In this document: positions 1 through 12,572 of the stretch, piece by piece
How positions within the stretch are numbered: the stretch's first letter is position 1
How the letters are laid out: each line of letters begins with the position of its first letter
Source: Kudoa neothunni
Taxonomy: Eukaryota > Animalia > Cnidaria
Length of the DNA stretch: 64,000 nt
Direction of reading: 5' to 3'
Assembly (NCBI GenBank): GCA_964304625.1
Contig: OZ199838.1
Coordinates: 1,086,809 to 1,150,808, forward strand
Made by a program: the position numbers and the translations under genes
Notes under the pieces: generated by a model
Told to the model about the DNA's origin: nothing
Database searches by the model: none
The model's input: the letters and a program-made list of their open reading frames with translations, nothing else

Positions 1-1372
1 GTTATGGCCCTAGCTCCTAAACCTAACGAAAAAATTCTTGACATGTGTGCTGCTCCAGGTGGAAAATCGTCCTACATTGGTACTCTTTTATTTTGTGGTT
101 TAATTTATTTATTCATTATTTTAGCTACACTTATGAAAAATACTGGAATACTTATTTGTAACGACGCCAATCAGGAACGTCTTCCATCACTGTATGCCAA
201 TATGCACAGAATGGGTATACTTCTAGAAGAAATTTGCATTATTCTTTTATTTGTATAAACTATTAAACTTAATTGTATCATATCTTCAATATATAATAAT
301 CCTTATATTGATTTATTGTGTTTATTATTCTTATCACTTTTTTAGGGGTTTCTAATTGTATAGTTACTCATTATGATGGAAGGTCGTTCACAAAAGTGAG
401 CATTTATTAATTATAATAATATTGTGACATTAAATAATAGATGGGAGACAAATATGATCGAATATTATTGGACGCGCCTTGCACTGGTACTGGAATTATT
501 AGTAAAGATCCTGGAGTGAAAATATCAAAGGTATGTGATGTTTGAAAGGCGAAAATATTTTGTGAGCGTGCATGTGAATCGGTTATTTCTTTTCGTAACT
601 AGAATCATGATATTTAAGTATTTAATATATATAACATGTGTTTTAATATCTGTAAAATTTATAATAAAAATGTAATTTTGCGAAAACTCTCTGATGAATT
701 TAATAATTATTATTTTGATTATTAAATAAGATAAGTAGACTAGAATATTTTTATTATTTTTGAATCCATCTTTACCGTAGATAAATAATATTTTTATATT
801 TTTACGCGTTATTGAATTTTCGTCCTTTATTCATTTCAATAGAAAATTATTGTGCCTTGTACACCAATTTTAATTAGGACCATAACGACCTGAAGATATG
901 CTCTCAAACCCAAAAAGAATTAATATTGACCGCCATTGACTGCCTTGATGCTAAATCATCCTCTGGAGGCTACTTAGTCTATTCCACTTGTTCTGTTATG
1001 ACTGAAGAAAATGAGGCTGTCATTGATTATGCTTTGAAAAAGAGAGACGTCAAAATTGTTGAAACTGGTCTGGCTTTTGGTTGTGAAGGATTCACCAGCT
1101 TCCGTGGAAGCAATTTCCACCCCACACTCAAACTCACAAAACGCTATTTCCCACATGTGCATGATATGGATGGATTCTTTGTTGCAAAAATTAAGAAAAT
1201 GTCTAATAAAGTTGATAAAATTTCTGATAAATCTCAAACTAAAAATTCTACGGACGTTCCAAATCCTTCTGATAATGATGAGACCAAATCACAAAAAGCT
1301 AATAAAGTAATAAAACCTGTTGGCAAAAAACAACTTTCTAAACCTGTGAAATCAAAGAAAAACAAAAAATAA
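1..1372 (+). CDS. NOP2: 25S/28S rRNA m5C methyltransferase NOP2/NSUN1, 5'-truncated by the window edge
   Basis: Spliced exons <1-79, 125-214, 346-395, 441-530 and 878-1372 (all GT-AG introns) join in frame. They give [12 protein letters not shown] (motif I), [13 protein letters not shown] (motif IV), LVYSTCSV (motif VI), [16 protein letters not shown] and a Lys-rich C-terminal tail typical of Nop2. Confidence 0.95.
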
Positions 1373-1574
1373 TATTATTAAATAGATTATGTGTAGATTG
1401 TACCTTTGTTTACAATGTTTTTTTTTCTTTGAGTGCTACTTGTGGGCCATTTACGTTGTTTGTGGATTTTACTCTTCCATTAACTCACAAAGTGTTTTAT
1501 TATGTTTTATTTCAAGCAAAAATGTTAGTCTATATGTCCATGATAGTTTTATTTCTATTGTTGTCTCATCCATA

Positions 1575-2699
1575 TCTACTACCTACTATACATATAAAGC
1601 TGATGTGTCAGCAAATACGCATATACGTCAACATTTTTTCCTTATAGAGAAACATTTATGAAATTTTTTAAGAATCGAAATGTTCAAAACAAATCTTTAA
1701 ATCGTTTTTATATTACAAAATGTTCCTAAAAGTGTTTAGAAAATAGTGATTTTGTCTTTTCAAGTTTGTTTAACGGATTACTTGAGTTCAACAATAGGAT
1801 TAACACCTGCCTATGACCTACTGATGGTCGGTTTAAGTTAACTTTCCTCCTTATATACTTTATTAAATTTAAATTAAACAATATCATCTGACTTTGTATA
1901 TAATGTTGGCATTTCTATTTAGGTGTTTAGGTAGATTTACTCCTTATTTGTGGAATTTTAACGTATTTGATTTGATAAGTATATTTAAAAAGTTCTATTA
2001 ATGGTTTAAAATAAGGTAAAAATCTATATATGTTTCATAAATAACGAATTGGTGGGGAACGTTAAAATTACATTGATTGAAGCTTTATAAAGGATATACT
2101 GTTCCCGTAGATTTTATTGAAATCGTCCGCTAAGTTTAACTTTCTGTGAATATATTCAATGCAGGTAGTTGTACTTTTACTTCACCCAATTATTTAAGTT
2201 GGTTGTGTTGGTTTTGACACGATTTGTGGTTGTTTATGAGAAAAAGCGCATTAATATTTATGTCGGACCAAAGGAAATTTATTTGGCAATAAAAATTCAT
2301 TTTCTTATGTTTTCTTCAATCTCTACATTTTTTCTATTTATCTCACGTAAACAGTGGTGTACAAACTTTCTGTGCCTGGCCAAACATAACGTTTAGGGTA
2401 ACATTTTAAGGTAATTTAAATAATTTTAGAATGCAAAAATATGACGCGGAACTTAAATTATTTAGCGTTGGTGCCGGGACACGAAATCGTTAATTGAACG
2501 CTGGGATTAGTACATCCCTGCACTGAAACGATCAGGATTTAAATTTCAAAATCCAAGTAGTTAAATATGATGCTTTAAATTTTTTTAGTTTTACTGCTTC
2601 TATAGATTAATTTTAAACATCCGCATATTTTTTGGAATGTAATTAAGAAACGTCTCTATACGAAATGGTTCCGAAGCATCACTGGGCAGTTCGCGCTAG
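1575..2699 (+). mobile_element. Non-autonomous Helitron-like element, copy A
   Basis: Begins A|TCTACT...ATATAAAGCTGA and ends in a GC-rich subterminus followed by CTAG|T (2696-2700). Its first ~270 bp align with 28015-28260. Confidence 0.6.
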
Positions 2700-3841
2700 T
2701 TTTATCCAAATGCATTATAATCTATTCAGTATGTATCTCTGAATTTTTTTATATGGTAAATAATTGTATGAAATAATAAGATTAATATACAGATGAGTTA
2801 TGCTGAATTTAATTAGCTCTAATCGAAAAAATTGGCCTACTATTTATAAAACTTTTTCGTAGCGAACAAATAATATTTGCTAATTATTTATGTAAGGAAT
2901 TTTAAATATACTGAGATATGTATTCATTTACAATTATATTTATTATTTTGCAATTATTCAAAGTGATGAATTTTGGCTAAATATTTTGACTTATATATTT
3001 TTAGAGAGCTTAATTAAATTAATAAATTTCTAGTTTATTAAACATCTAATGTTTTATTACGATAAAAATAAACGGTAATATGAGAGTAAGCATAATATAA
3101 ATATCAAAATAGTATATATATGATACATAAATGTATTCATTATTAATGCTGAATGAAAGAAATCGTATCAATACAAAATTTTCACCATATTATGAATGCA
3201 TTAATCTATTACATTGATGATTTTGTGATCTGAGCTTTATATTTTTATATAATAATTTCACGTATGGTTTATTATAAATGTTTCTGCTTTTATCCAAAAA
3301 TCAAATTCAGGTTTTTGCTGTAGAAGTATGTATATATATAAAGTAATTATTTTAGAATAATTAAAAGTTATTATTTTATGTCTTTCAGGCCACATTCAAA
3401 AAAATACTCAGTTAACGCTTTTTAGAGTCGTTCCACATTGGTTCAATAAACGGAATGGACAGGTGTTTACTGGGACACAATGTTTATGTATCTAGAAACT
3501 TAACTCGGTTAAAAAATGGCTCGAAAAATACTAAATACTCTTTATAATAAATACTATTACCATTATTTTGATAAAGGTTAATATTTTATTTCGATGTTAC
3601 CCTAAAAAACAATGAATCGTGGAAAAAATTTAGATTCCATTAAAAGCTCTAAATAATTTTCCACATCGATATGAGCTAAATTGCAAAAATATGTTTAAAT
3701 TAATTTTTTAATAACGAGTAATTATTTCCTAATCTATGTTTTATCATCTCACATTAAATGAATCGTTATATTCACAAATGAGTAAAATTCGGATCAATTG
3801 TATTCCGAATCATCAATTGGTAGGTCATTTAATTGTTAATC

Positions 3842-6831
3842 ATGAAAATAGGTGGATTTCTCTATTTCGTTTTGGGTACCTTCCCGAGTGAATTTTAATA
3901 CTAATGTAAGTTTAGGTGTTTTCATATCAGGAACAACCAAAACTGATGGACGTTCAAGTTCTCAAGCTCCTGGTGCAGTTACACCTCCAACGAAAACACT
4001 GAAGTATCAGATTGAGAGGAAAACTGATGGCACGGACGAAATTAAACTCACTCTTGAAGGCTCTGATTATGCTGCCAACAAAAAGTGTCGTATAATGCGA
4101 TCTAACGAAGCAGAAATTGCAGCTGCTTCAAACACTGGAACACCAGCTGCGTTTGTAAACATCGTAAGCTGTCCCCCTAATGAAAGTGCTGCTGGAAATC
4201 AATGTGTCGTCCCTTGTAATACTGATACGAATAAAATAACTTATGATAAACTATCACCAAAAACAAGATACATATACGTTTACGCTGGCGATGACACGAA
4301 TTCTGTTAAAGAGAAAGTTAAAGGAGCGGGATCAAAAGTATTCGGATATTCAATACGTAAATCAACTTAATTATACATAAAAATAACAATAATTTAGCAT
4401 TATTGGCTAATCCACAAATTACCATGTCTACAGATGTTAATCAACTGAAATTCTTAGCAAAACCATGTGCTCCTGTAAATTGTCCTATTTATTACAAAGA
4501 TGTCAAATACGCCAATGGTGCCAAAGCGACAAGTTGTAATGCTGAGAATTTAGAAAACAAAGTTGAATTTGATTTATTTCTACCACATTACGAAGTAAGA
4601 TGCGAATATTATCCCAGTTTCTTTTACAATATGCCCAATCAATATATGAAGAACACCATAGATATTTATCAGCCTCAGTTTTATGCTGTTGCAAAAACTG
4701 GAGACAAAGTGGGAATTAAATTTACTAATTCACTATCATCTGAAATATGCCTATTCAGTCTTAAAAATGGTCAGGGTGCAACAAACAACGAACCATACAC
4801 GTCTGATTGTGGTGGTACCGGTAAAAAGTGTTATGCTCCTTGTAAGTATGTCGAACTCAATGGCCTAACGGGTAAAAAGATTTATAAAATTTTAATTCAA
4901 ACAAGGCATCACGACATAAAAGCCACTGAAGGTGATTCTAGAGGTCACGAACAAACTAAATTTGGTAATCCTTATATTAATATACATTCTTTACGATTCT
5001 TATTAGCAATTACTGAACCGACTGGTGGATTCCTCTCTTCTTATACCAAAGTTGGTGTTACGTTTGGAGGTACCGCATTTAAAGGAGCAAATGATCCACA
5101 AATTACTAAATGTGTTCTTAAACATAAACTGGCGGACACAATCACAGCAGGATCTGCAACTGAAACGAAATGCGCAGCTGGCAGTACCGTGGAAGGTTCC
5201 AATGATAATAAATGCAAAAATGATTGTACACAATTGGTGATTAATGAACTTACAGCAGGAAAGGCATACATGATTCAGATCACATTCGAAGAAATTACGG
5301 ATCCAACCGGTTTTACTGAAAATATATTCATAAGAACAGGTAAGTCATTTTATTTATTTTATAAAATAATGAATTATAAAGAACATGGAGATAGCGAAAC
5401 ATATGCAACTACTGATCCTACAAAGACAGACACAACAGTCTCTCTTGTAGTTATTGGTGGAACTCCACTTGTAGACAAGAGAACTGAACCTACCTGCGAG
5501 TATTTGATAAGCCCTGCTGGACTGGATAGCTTTTACCACGCGAAGTGCAATGGCTACACACCGTGTAGAGTAATTTGTAGGGATCAAGTCACGATAGAGG
5601 ATCTTGAGTCAAACACACCTTATGACATCAGAGTTATCGCACATAAGGGTTACGGCATAAAAGATTACAAAAATATACGAACAGGTTATTGAAGATATAA
5701 TTTACTCATTAAATTTTCAATAGCATTAACAACATTAACGATAACACACAAGGTAGCATTGGATGGTTTGTCATTGAAGGCACGATTAACTGCTGTGGAT
5801 CCAAATGCAATATGCAGTTATGTCATACAAAAGAAGAATGGTAACGATTATACAGACTATTACACATGTCCAGAGGTGCCAAAAGTAATGACACCTGTTA
5901 CCGCTCCAGTAGCACCAACACCCGCTCCAGCTGCTCCCTCTAGCTTAAGTTCTGCAAATCTAAACATGGCTAGAATTGCTGTACCAATAGTGACAGATAG
6001 TGATCTAATGCCAGCGGGGAAGTCTTCAGTTCCAGATAATTCAGATACACAACGTGCTGGTGTCGCTAAGAGCACAAACACATGCTTGTCAAATCCCCTT
6101 TGCAGTTCCATAACATTTCCCGAGTATGAAGCAGCAAATACATACAAAATTTTAGTCACAGCTATCGGAAAATCTTCACAACAAGAGCATATCATAGAAT
6201 CAAGTATTACAATTAATGCTTCAGTTAATGTCACTATTACGAATTTATTAAACGAAACTTACATTAGGTACACCAAAAGTAAACCCAACTGACTCCTCAA
6301 AATTGATATCAGTCGTCATTACACGTGATGGGAGTAGTTTCATTGTAACCACGACATATCCAGCCAGTATGAACGATAAATCAAAATGCAAATGGGAGTT
6401 ACGTAACAGCAGTGTCAAATCTAATGCGATAGTAAAATCTTGCATGGGTAGAGGCGTTGACGGATGTACTGCTTTTGAGACATGTAAAGAATTCAAAATA
6501 AATGGTTTAACTGATGGAAATAACTATTATTTGACTGTTTACAGTGCTCATGATAATAATATTTTTGGCGGTGCTGACATACAACAAGGTATATTATTTG
6601 TTCACAATGTAATTTAATGGTATATATCGTAGGAGCAAAGAGTAGTTCAGGGTGAACTTAGTAAAAAAATTTTTTTAATTTAATATTTTTTAGGGATAAA
6701 ACGAAACTTATGTAAACATTTTAAAATTCTGATATTTGAACTAACCGTTTTATAGAATCATTATTGTGTGCGTTGCCGTGGTTGTGGTCGGAGGGATAGT
6801 TGGAATCGTGATGTTGAAGAAAAGAGGTTAA
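3842..6831 (+). CDS. Cys-rich FN3-like repeat type-I membrane protein, paralogue 1 (most divergent; about 863 aa)
   Basis: Exons 3842-3875, 3916-4356, 4398-4964, 5007-5339, 5382-5684, 5724-6203, 6268-6588, 6633-6651, 6694-6711 and 6756-6831 total 2592 nt and are open in frame. Signal peptide MKIGGFLYFVLGVFISG; repeated L-x4-5-Y-x-[IL]-x-[VI] FN3-like motifs; TM IIIIVCVAVVVVGGIVGIVML then KKRG-stop. Confidence 0.85.
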
Positions 6832-7864
6832 ATTAATTTTCGTCAACTACAGTTAATAGGTAGTATTTACAATAGAAATTATTCGATCACATAGCATTAT
6901 TTGAATTTTTAAGTCATTAGCCGAATTTATTGTTTTTCGAATTTCGCTTTCGGCCTTAGAGGGAAAATAAGATTTCCGATGTTTCTTTTTTTAGAACTAT
7001 ATGATTTCACAAGATGTTTCTCCATTTTATATTGATTAGAATTTGTTTTTTTTTATTCTAACTGTAGTTACAGTTTCTGTTAGTTTGAAATCTGATCAAA
7101 TTATGTTAACGAATTTCCAGGTCAAAATATTAATAATTTGAGCTTGATATTATTCGACATAATTATTATAAAAAACTTAAATAAGAAAATTTGTTTATTT
7201 ACAAATAATACAAATATATAGTCAAAATAAAATAAATGAATCTTCAAATTATCGCGATGCATTAATTTACTGGCTTTTGAACTTTTAGCGAGATTTTTAT
7301 AATATTAAATGAAATCTTATAGAATTCTTTAGTGAAAAATTTTATTTTTATTTAGCAATTATGAATCTTTAAAAATTCATTTATACTCAAAAAAAGATAA
7401 ATGAGTGTTCACATTTTCAAACTTGTAACTGATAATTGACTAATTAAAAATTTTTAATTTTTTTTATAAGAATCCGTTTTATTTAAAATGTTTAAAATAT
7501 ATTTGGGTGTAATTTTACACATAATATGAAAATATTTATTGTTTATATAATGATAAGCTGGACATTATTTCGTTAAATGTAAGAATGAGATTAATATCAT
7601 GTACGTTGTACCGAAACAAAAATAAACTACGAAAAGAAACATGAACGTTTTAAATTACACTTTAATTATATTGTCGTAACGAATGACCGGGGACGAGGAT
7701 CGCACACGTTATCTTTGGTCACATCCCTTAAATAACCAACCATTACGATCGTACTCTACTAATAAATGATTAAAAATTATGTTATATAAGCTAACTTACA
7801 AAATAATGGAATAATAAATATTTATCGTTTATATTTATTGATATTTAAATTATAACACCTGTTA

Positions 7865-8298
7865 TATATAGGTTGTGAAGTTCGACTGGTTAGGCCTTCT
7901 CCATTGACGCTTTAGGCACTGCAGCGTCATATTAAGGCGACTTACGTTTATGCAATAATGTGGAATTTTAACCCATTAAACATCCTCATTTCGGAGCAAC
8001 CACAACCCCAACCATACCCTGGACTAACCCAGAATTAGTCTGGAAAGTCGTCTGAATGCAGGCGTCAGCTCTACGGAAACCCCCTACTGGGTTGTATTTC
8101 GTTCATGTACCCTGGCGTTTATGAACACCGAGTTCTACCCTACCACCAGGCTCCACACCCAGTTGCAAGCAAGACCATGATAAATTGTAGATCGTTGCGA
8201 TTACTACAATACAGCCTTCCTATTTAATTTCGGATTAGGCAACGAACTCACAACCTCAAGGTATGCGATCTCGACCTAACACCATTATGCCATATTGT
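7865..8298 (-). mobile_element. Probable tRNA-headed SINE (GC-richer structured island)
   Basis: The minus strand has an A-box-like TGGCATAATGG (8292-8282) and a B-box-like GAGTTCGTTGCC (8249-8238). Several internal hairpins follow, then a 3' GTAAGTCGCC... stem-loop reminiscent of L2-type SINE tails. Confidence 0.5.
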
Positions 8299-8321
8299 CG
8301 AAGTTTATAATAACTGTTATA

Positions 8322-9060
8322 CCGTCGAGATTGGATACTGCGTGACTGGATATTGCGTAATTCCAAAATTTCGACGTTATTCTTTTTTGAGAGAAACCTT
8401 TTTTTGGTATTGTTATTATTTTATCATTTTGTAAACATAGTTAACATTAAAAAATAAATTTAATTATTTATACATTAAGTCTCGTTATTGCGTGGTGTTT
8501 GTGGCCGATTTATGTAAATCTAAGAGTGTTTTCATTATGCCCCCTAAAAAAGTAATAGTTACGAGAAAAGAGAAATCATTGATTATTATAATTCGATATA
8601 AATATTGAAAGTTGTCGAAAAAATCACAATTTCTAAATTTAAATTGAATGATATGATTATCTATGTTGAATACTAATACATTGCCATGTTTAAGATTATT
8701 TAAAAATTGATAGAATTCGTTCACACGAGTATAAATTCAAAACTACGGATATTGAAACTAAAAGGAGGACATATTTGGGGAAAATTGAAAATATAGATGG
8801 TGAACTGTATGATTGTCTCGTTAAACAATGGTCAGATGATAATGTTCTGCTGAGATATGTTATTGTCGAAATTGCTCTATATATTGCAAATAACAAAGAA
8901 ATTTCCGATTTAAAGTCTAGTTAAGGGTGGTTTTCAGAGTCCAAGTCAAAATATGGGATAGCTTTCGAAATGTTACACGGTGAGGTTGCGAATACAGACA
9001 TTTGATCTATTGACTCATGGACTATTGAAAACACTCATTTGGCTGAAGCATGTTAGGAAT
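8322..9060 (+). mobile_element. Degenerate pogo/Tigger left end with CENP-B-type HTH remnant
   Basis: TA|CCGTCGAGATTGGATACTGCG...CTGGATATTGCGTAATT resembles the TIR at 32342. Positions 8760-9000 translate as ...NIDGELYDCLVKQWS...KSS*GWFSESKSKYGIAFEMLHGE. Confidence 0.65.
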
Positions 9061-9090
9061 CCCATGCATTTATTTTATCACTATAAATTT

Positions 9091-12000
9091 GGGCAATAGG
9101 GTAGGACATGGCACCTAAAAAACCCCTTCTGTGAATCGTTTTTTCGCCGATTCTTTCATGAATGTTCATAATAAAGTAAAAGAATACAGAGAGGAAGTAT
9201 TCAGCTAATTATGGTAACACCGAATTTTGGTGCAAAATCCCCAATACAACACCGTCGGCTCACGTGACATCTTCGTTAAGTTTCCAATAACCAGTGAAAA
9301 CCCACCTTATTGTGCACGCATTAACTTCTACATTTATTATACGCCTTCATAACATTTTTTGAATGGGTCGTTTGAAAATTATACGACTCAGACGTTTAGT
9401 CAAACCTTACACATATTATTATAAATTGTCTGCTCTATCATTTTGGGTATACCGATTATGAACCTTTTAAAAGAAAATTACAATTAATTATCATTTGTTG
9501 TAGTTTTTATATTTTTTTGGTTAATTTATTTGAATTATAAAAAAGATTATAAACATTTTATCATTAAATTTTTATAGTGACAATACAATAAATCTCCAAT
9601 TTACATTGCATTCGATATCTGTCCAAAGAAATCTTATAACAATTAATGTTTAATGGATCATTATTAACGAAAGTTAATTGTACAAAATAAAAGAAGCAAC
9701 GTAAATAGGAATTTAGTAATGTAATATTAGACATATACAACACTCTTCATTTCATTTTTTAGATATATGTATGGTCTTTTAATTTGATATTCAATCTTTT
9801 ATCATATTTATAAAACTAATGATCATATTTTAAGCCTTAGATGCTATAATGTACTTATTTTGAGGAAAGTTTATAAGTAAAGATGTTTTTTTTTATATTT
9901 CTCAGGTGCTTCACCATTTTGCCAGTTGATTTATCATTGTATTATATAAAATTTAACATTAATTCTTTGGTTTAGGCTGTGTTCCGAAAATCTCCCTTTA
10001 AATACCAGTCTCGATTATTTTTGCGCTTCCCGCGAAGAAGCGTCTCATAAATCTCAACAACATACCCTCTGCCACCAGATGGTTTTTGTAGATGAAAATA
10101 GTTTTATCCATGCTCCAATAATAAATAATTTTATATATTTTATTCACCGTTATGTTGGGGGAGGGATGAAACAAAGTCAAACCTAAAAAGAACGTTCTAC
10201 TTCGAGGAGATACCTTAGTTTTACGTCTTCGAATTGCGAGACTCTAATATTTAGGTACAAAATAATTACTTTTTAAAATAATAAATGAATGAATAATCCA
10301 CATCATTCCTTTTATGCGATTTAATTTTAGATATTGGCCTTTGAACGTTCATATTCGTTTTGGTGAGGCAAAAACAATTGAATATGTAACAATTGCTACA
10401 CCTAAAATGAAGAGGAAACAGACACTATTTCTCTACGAGCATATTAAACAATTTAATGAGATTATTTGTAGTAAAGTGACAATAACGACCACTACCGTAA
10501 GTAATAATGAGGTTACTATTGGTGGGTGACGTGATATCGTTACATTATTTAACAACTATCGCAAAAGCCCCCCTTCGCGAAGGCTTCCTTGCCCAGCCAA
10601 GTATGCTAACACCTGGCGCTGACTATAGCCTTTTTGATTTTTATGTAAATAGCGCTAATGCCCAGTTTTTCCTGGTACAATGTGATGGAAAATTTAACTT
10701 TAATTTAATTTTCCTATTTTTATTTATTCATTTTAAAGCTTGTCACTATTTTTGCAATGTGCTGATTTAGATAAACTAAATTATGCCCGCACTTTCTATT
10801 CAAACATAAATAGACGTATTGGGGGAAATTAATGAGTATTTCTAAATTTATTTTACAAATTATTGACTAAAATTATGATGATCTTAATTTTAAGAGAAAT
10901 GTAATTAGCGATTAGAGTTCAGTTATTTATGAAACAAAATTATTAAGTAACTTAAATAGGACTTCCAGTTCTTTTTAAAATTTTGCGATGCAAATTAATC
11001 CTTCTAGTTATAAAATTTATTATTAGTCTACAAATGATAAAAAAAATAAAATCAACCTAAGATGCCTCCGAAATATAAATATTAATTGTTACTCCTTTTT
11101 TCGCAATTTTATAATGATGCCAATAATATTTTGAACTGCTGTGAGCAGTAACTTACGTATTCACTATTGTAACAAAATTCTCTCATTTATAAATAAATCC
11201 AACCTTGCTTTTTATCAAGAATACTTATTGGTTCAAAAATATATACATTTAATTATCAAAATCCGATTAAATAAAAAATGTAAAGGTGTTTTTAGTTTGA
11301 AAAATTACAGTAATGCTTAAACATCAACTGGTTTTCTTGAAGGATGCACCCTTTACAAATTAACGTATTGTTTGATTGCACTCAAAAAAATTTCTTTATA
11401 TTGAACTATTCATAGATTAACAAAAACTTTTTGAAAATATCTCTTAGATCGAATAGACCATTAATTTCTAAGTAACTTACATGGCACGCATTGAGAAGGG
11501 ACTGTATTTTTATGCAGCTTTTATATCATAATGAATTAATGCGAGCCCCAAGAAAACAGTATATTGATTTGAATATTAACCTCAAGGTCTGGGGTAAGGA
11601 ATAATTAGGATACATAGAGAGACTCAAATTATTCCAACGTGGTAACAACTTGTTATCTCAAATTATGTGTTTTATTTAAAATGATCATAATCTATTTTTC
11701 TTAACTATATCCGTAACGCTCGAAAAGAAAAAATACATACCAAATAACTTGTTTATGCTTCAAGTTTTAAGGGAAATGCGACAACTCTTGTAAATGTGAC
11801 GTTAATAGTTTTATTTGTCTCAAATTAGCTCCGAACAGGCATATGTAAAATTTTTAGAGCATTCTATACCATAATTAAGAGACTCTTTTCCTATGTAGTG
11901 AGTAAAAGTTCATTTTATTTGGCTATCAATTAGAAGTAAACAAATATCAATATTATGCAAGTGTATTTAATCTGCTATTTGTGAAGACAACCAGAAAATT

Positions 12001-12572
12001 CCTTACTTCGGACTGCGTTATTGACTATTTTTATACTTCTAAGTGAATGATCGATTTTCATTAATAGTTTTATCTATTAAAATACAAACTTACAGCTATA
12101 TTTAAAGAAAATTTCTCCGCGGCACATGCGTACTACTGCAAATTGACACACACGGGCAGACATAAGAACTTTGTTATGTATAGAAGATAAAAAATTGCCC
12201 TCGTTATTAAAACTCAAAGAAATCATTTTCTCTATCGCGCGAGAAATTTGATAAACTCCTCGCTTAAATATTTAACATTTTGTTATTTAAATCAAATATT
12301 TCATCCAACAAATGTTATTAAGGCGTATAATAAATATAAAAGTTAATGCGTGCACAATAAGGCGGGTTATCACTGGTTATTGGAAACTTAATGAAGATTT
12401 CACGTGTGCCGACTGTGTTGTATTGGGGATTTTGCACCAAAATTAGGTGTTACCATAATTAGCTGAATACTTCCACTCGGTATTATTTTATTATGAACAT
12501 TCGTGAAAGAATCGGCGAAAAAAACGATGCGCAGAAGGGTTTTTTTAGGTGCCACATCCTACCCTATTACCC
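9091..12572 (-). mobile_element. Merlin (IS1595/ISXO2-like) element with ~270-bp TIRs and a decayed transposase
   Basis: 9091-9365 (GGGCAATAGGGTAGGACATGGCACC...) is the reverse complement of 12302-12572. Minus-strand remnants near 9990-10230 read VSPRSRTFF...IYKIIYYWS and GGRGYVVEIYETLLRGKRKNNR, matching the transposase at 31.3-32.0 kb. No TSD was recognised. Confidence 0.85.

Noticed and set aside
1389-2396. Short hydrophobic ORFs downstream of NOP2 and at 28010-28258
   Set aside because: They lie in the 3'UTR or in Helitron-like repeats and have the F/L/I-rich composition of random AT-rich DNA.
4503-6496. Minus-strand and alternate-frame ORFs overlapping the array genes (also 17712-17996, 19485-19763, 27171-27449, 35247-35886, 37261-37539)
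   Set aside because: They are antisense shadows of real exons, and their recurrence only reflects the paralogy of the sense genes.
7686-7760. tRNA-like segments (also ~41960-42000 and ~62800-62835)
   Set aside because: Only box-like fragments are present and no cloverleaf can be built. They are probably decayed SINE heads.
8060-8165. Hammerhead ribozyme in the SINE-like island; CTGATGA hits at 691, 13835 and 13916
   Set aside because: There is no CUGANGA core in the island. The other hits lack the required stems and GAAA, and 13916 is antisense to a transposase remnant.
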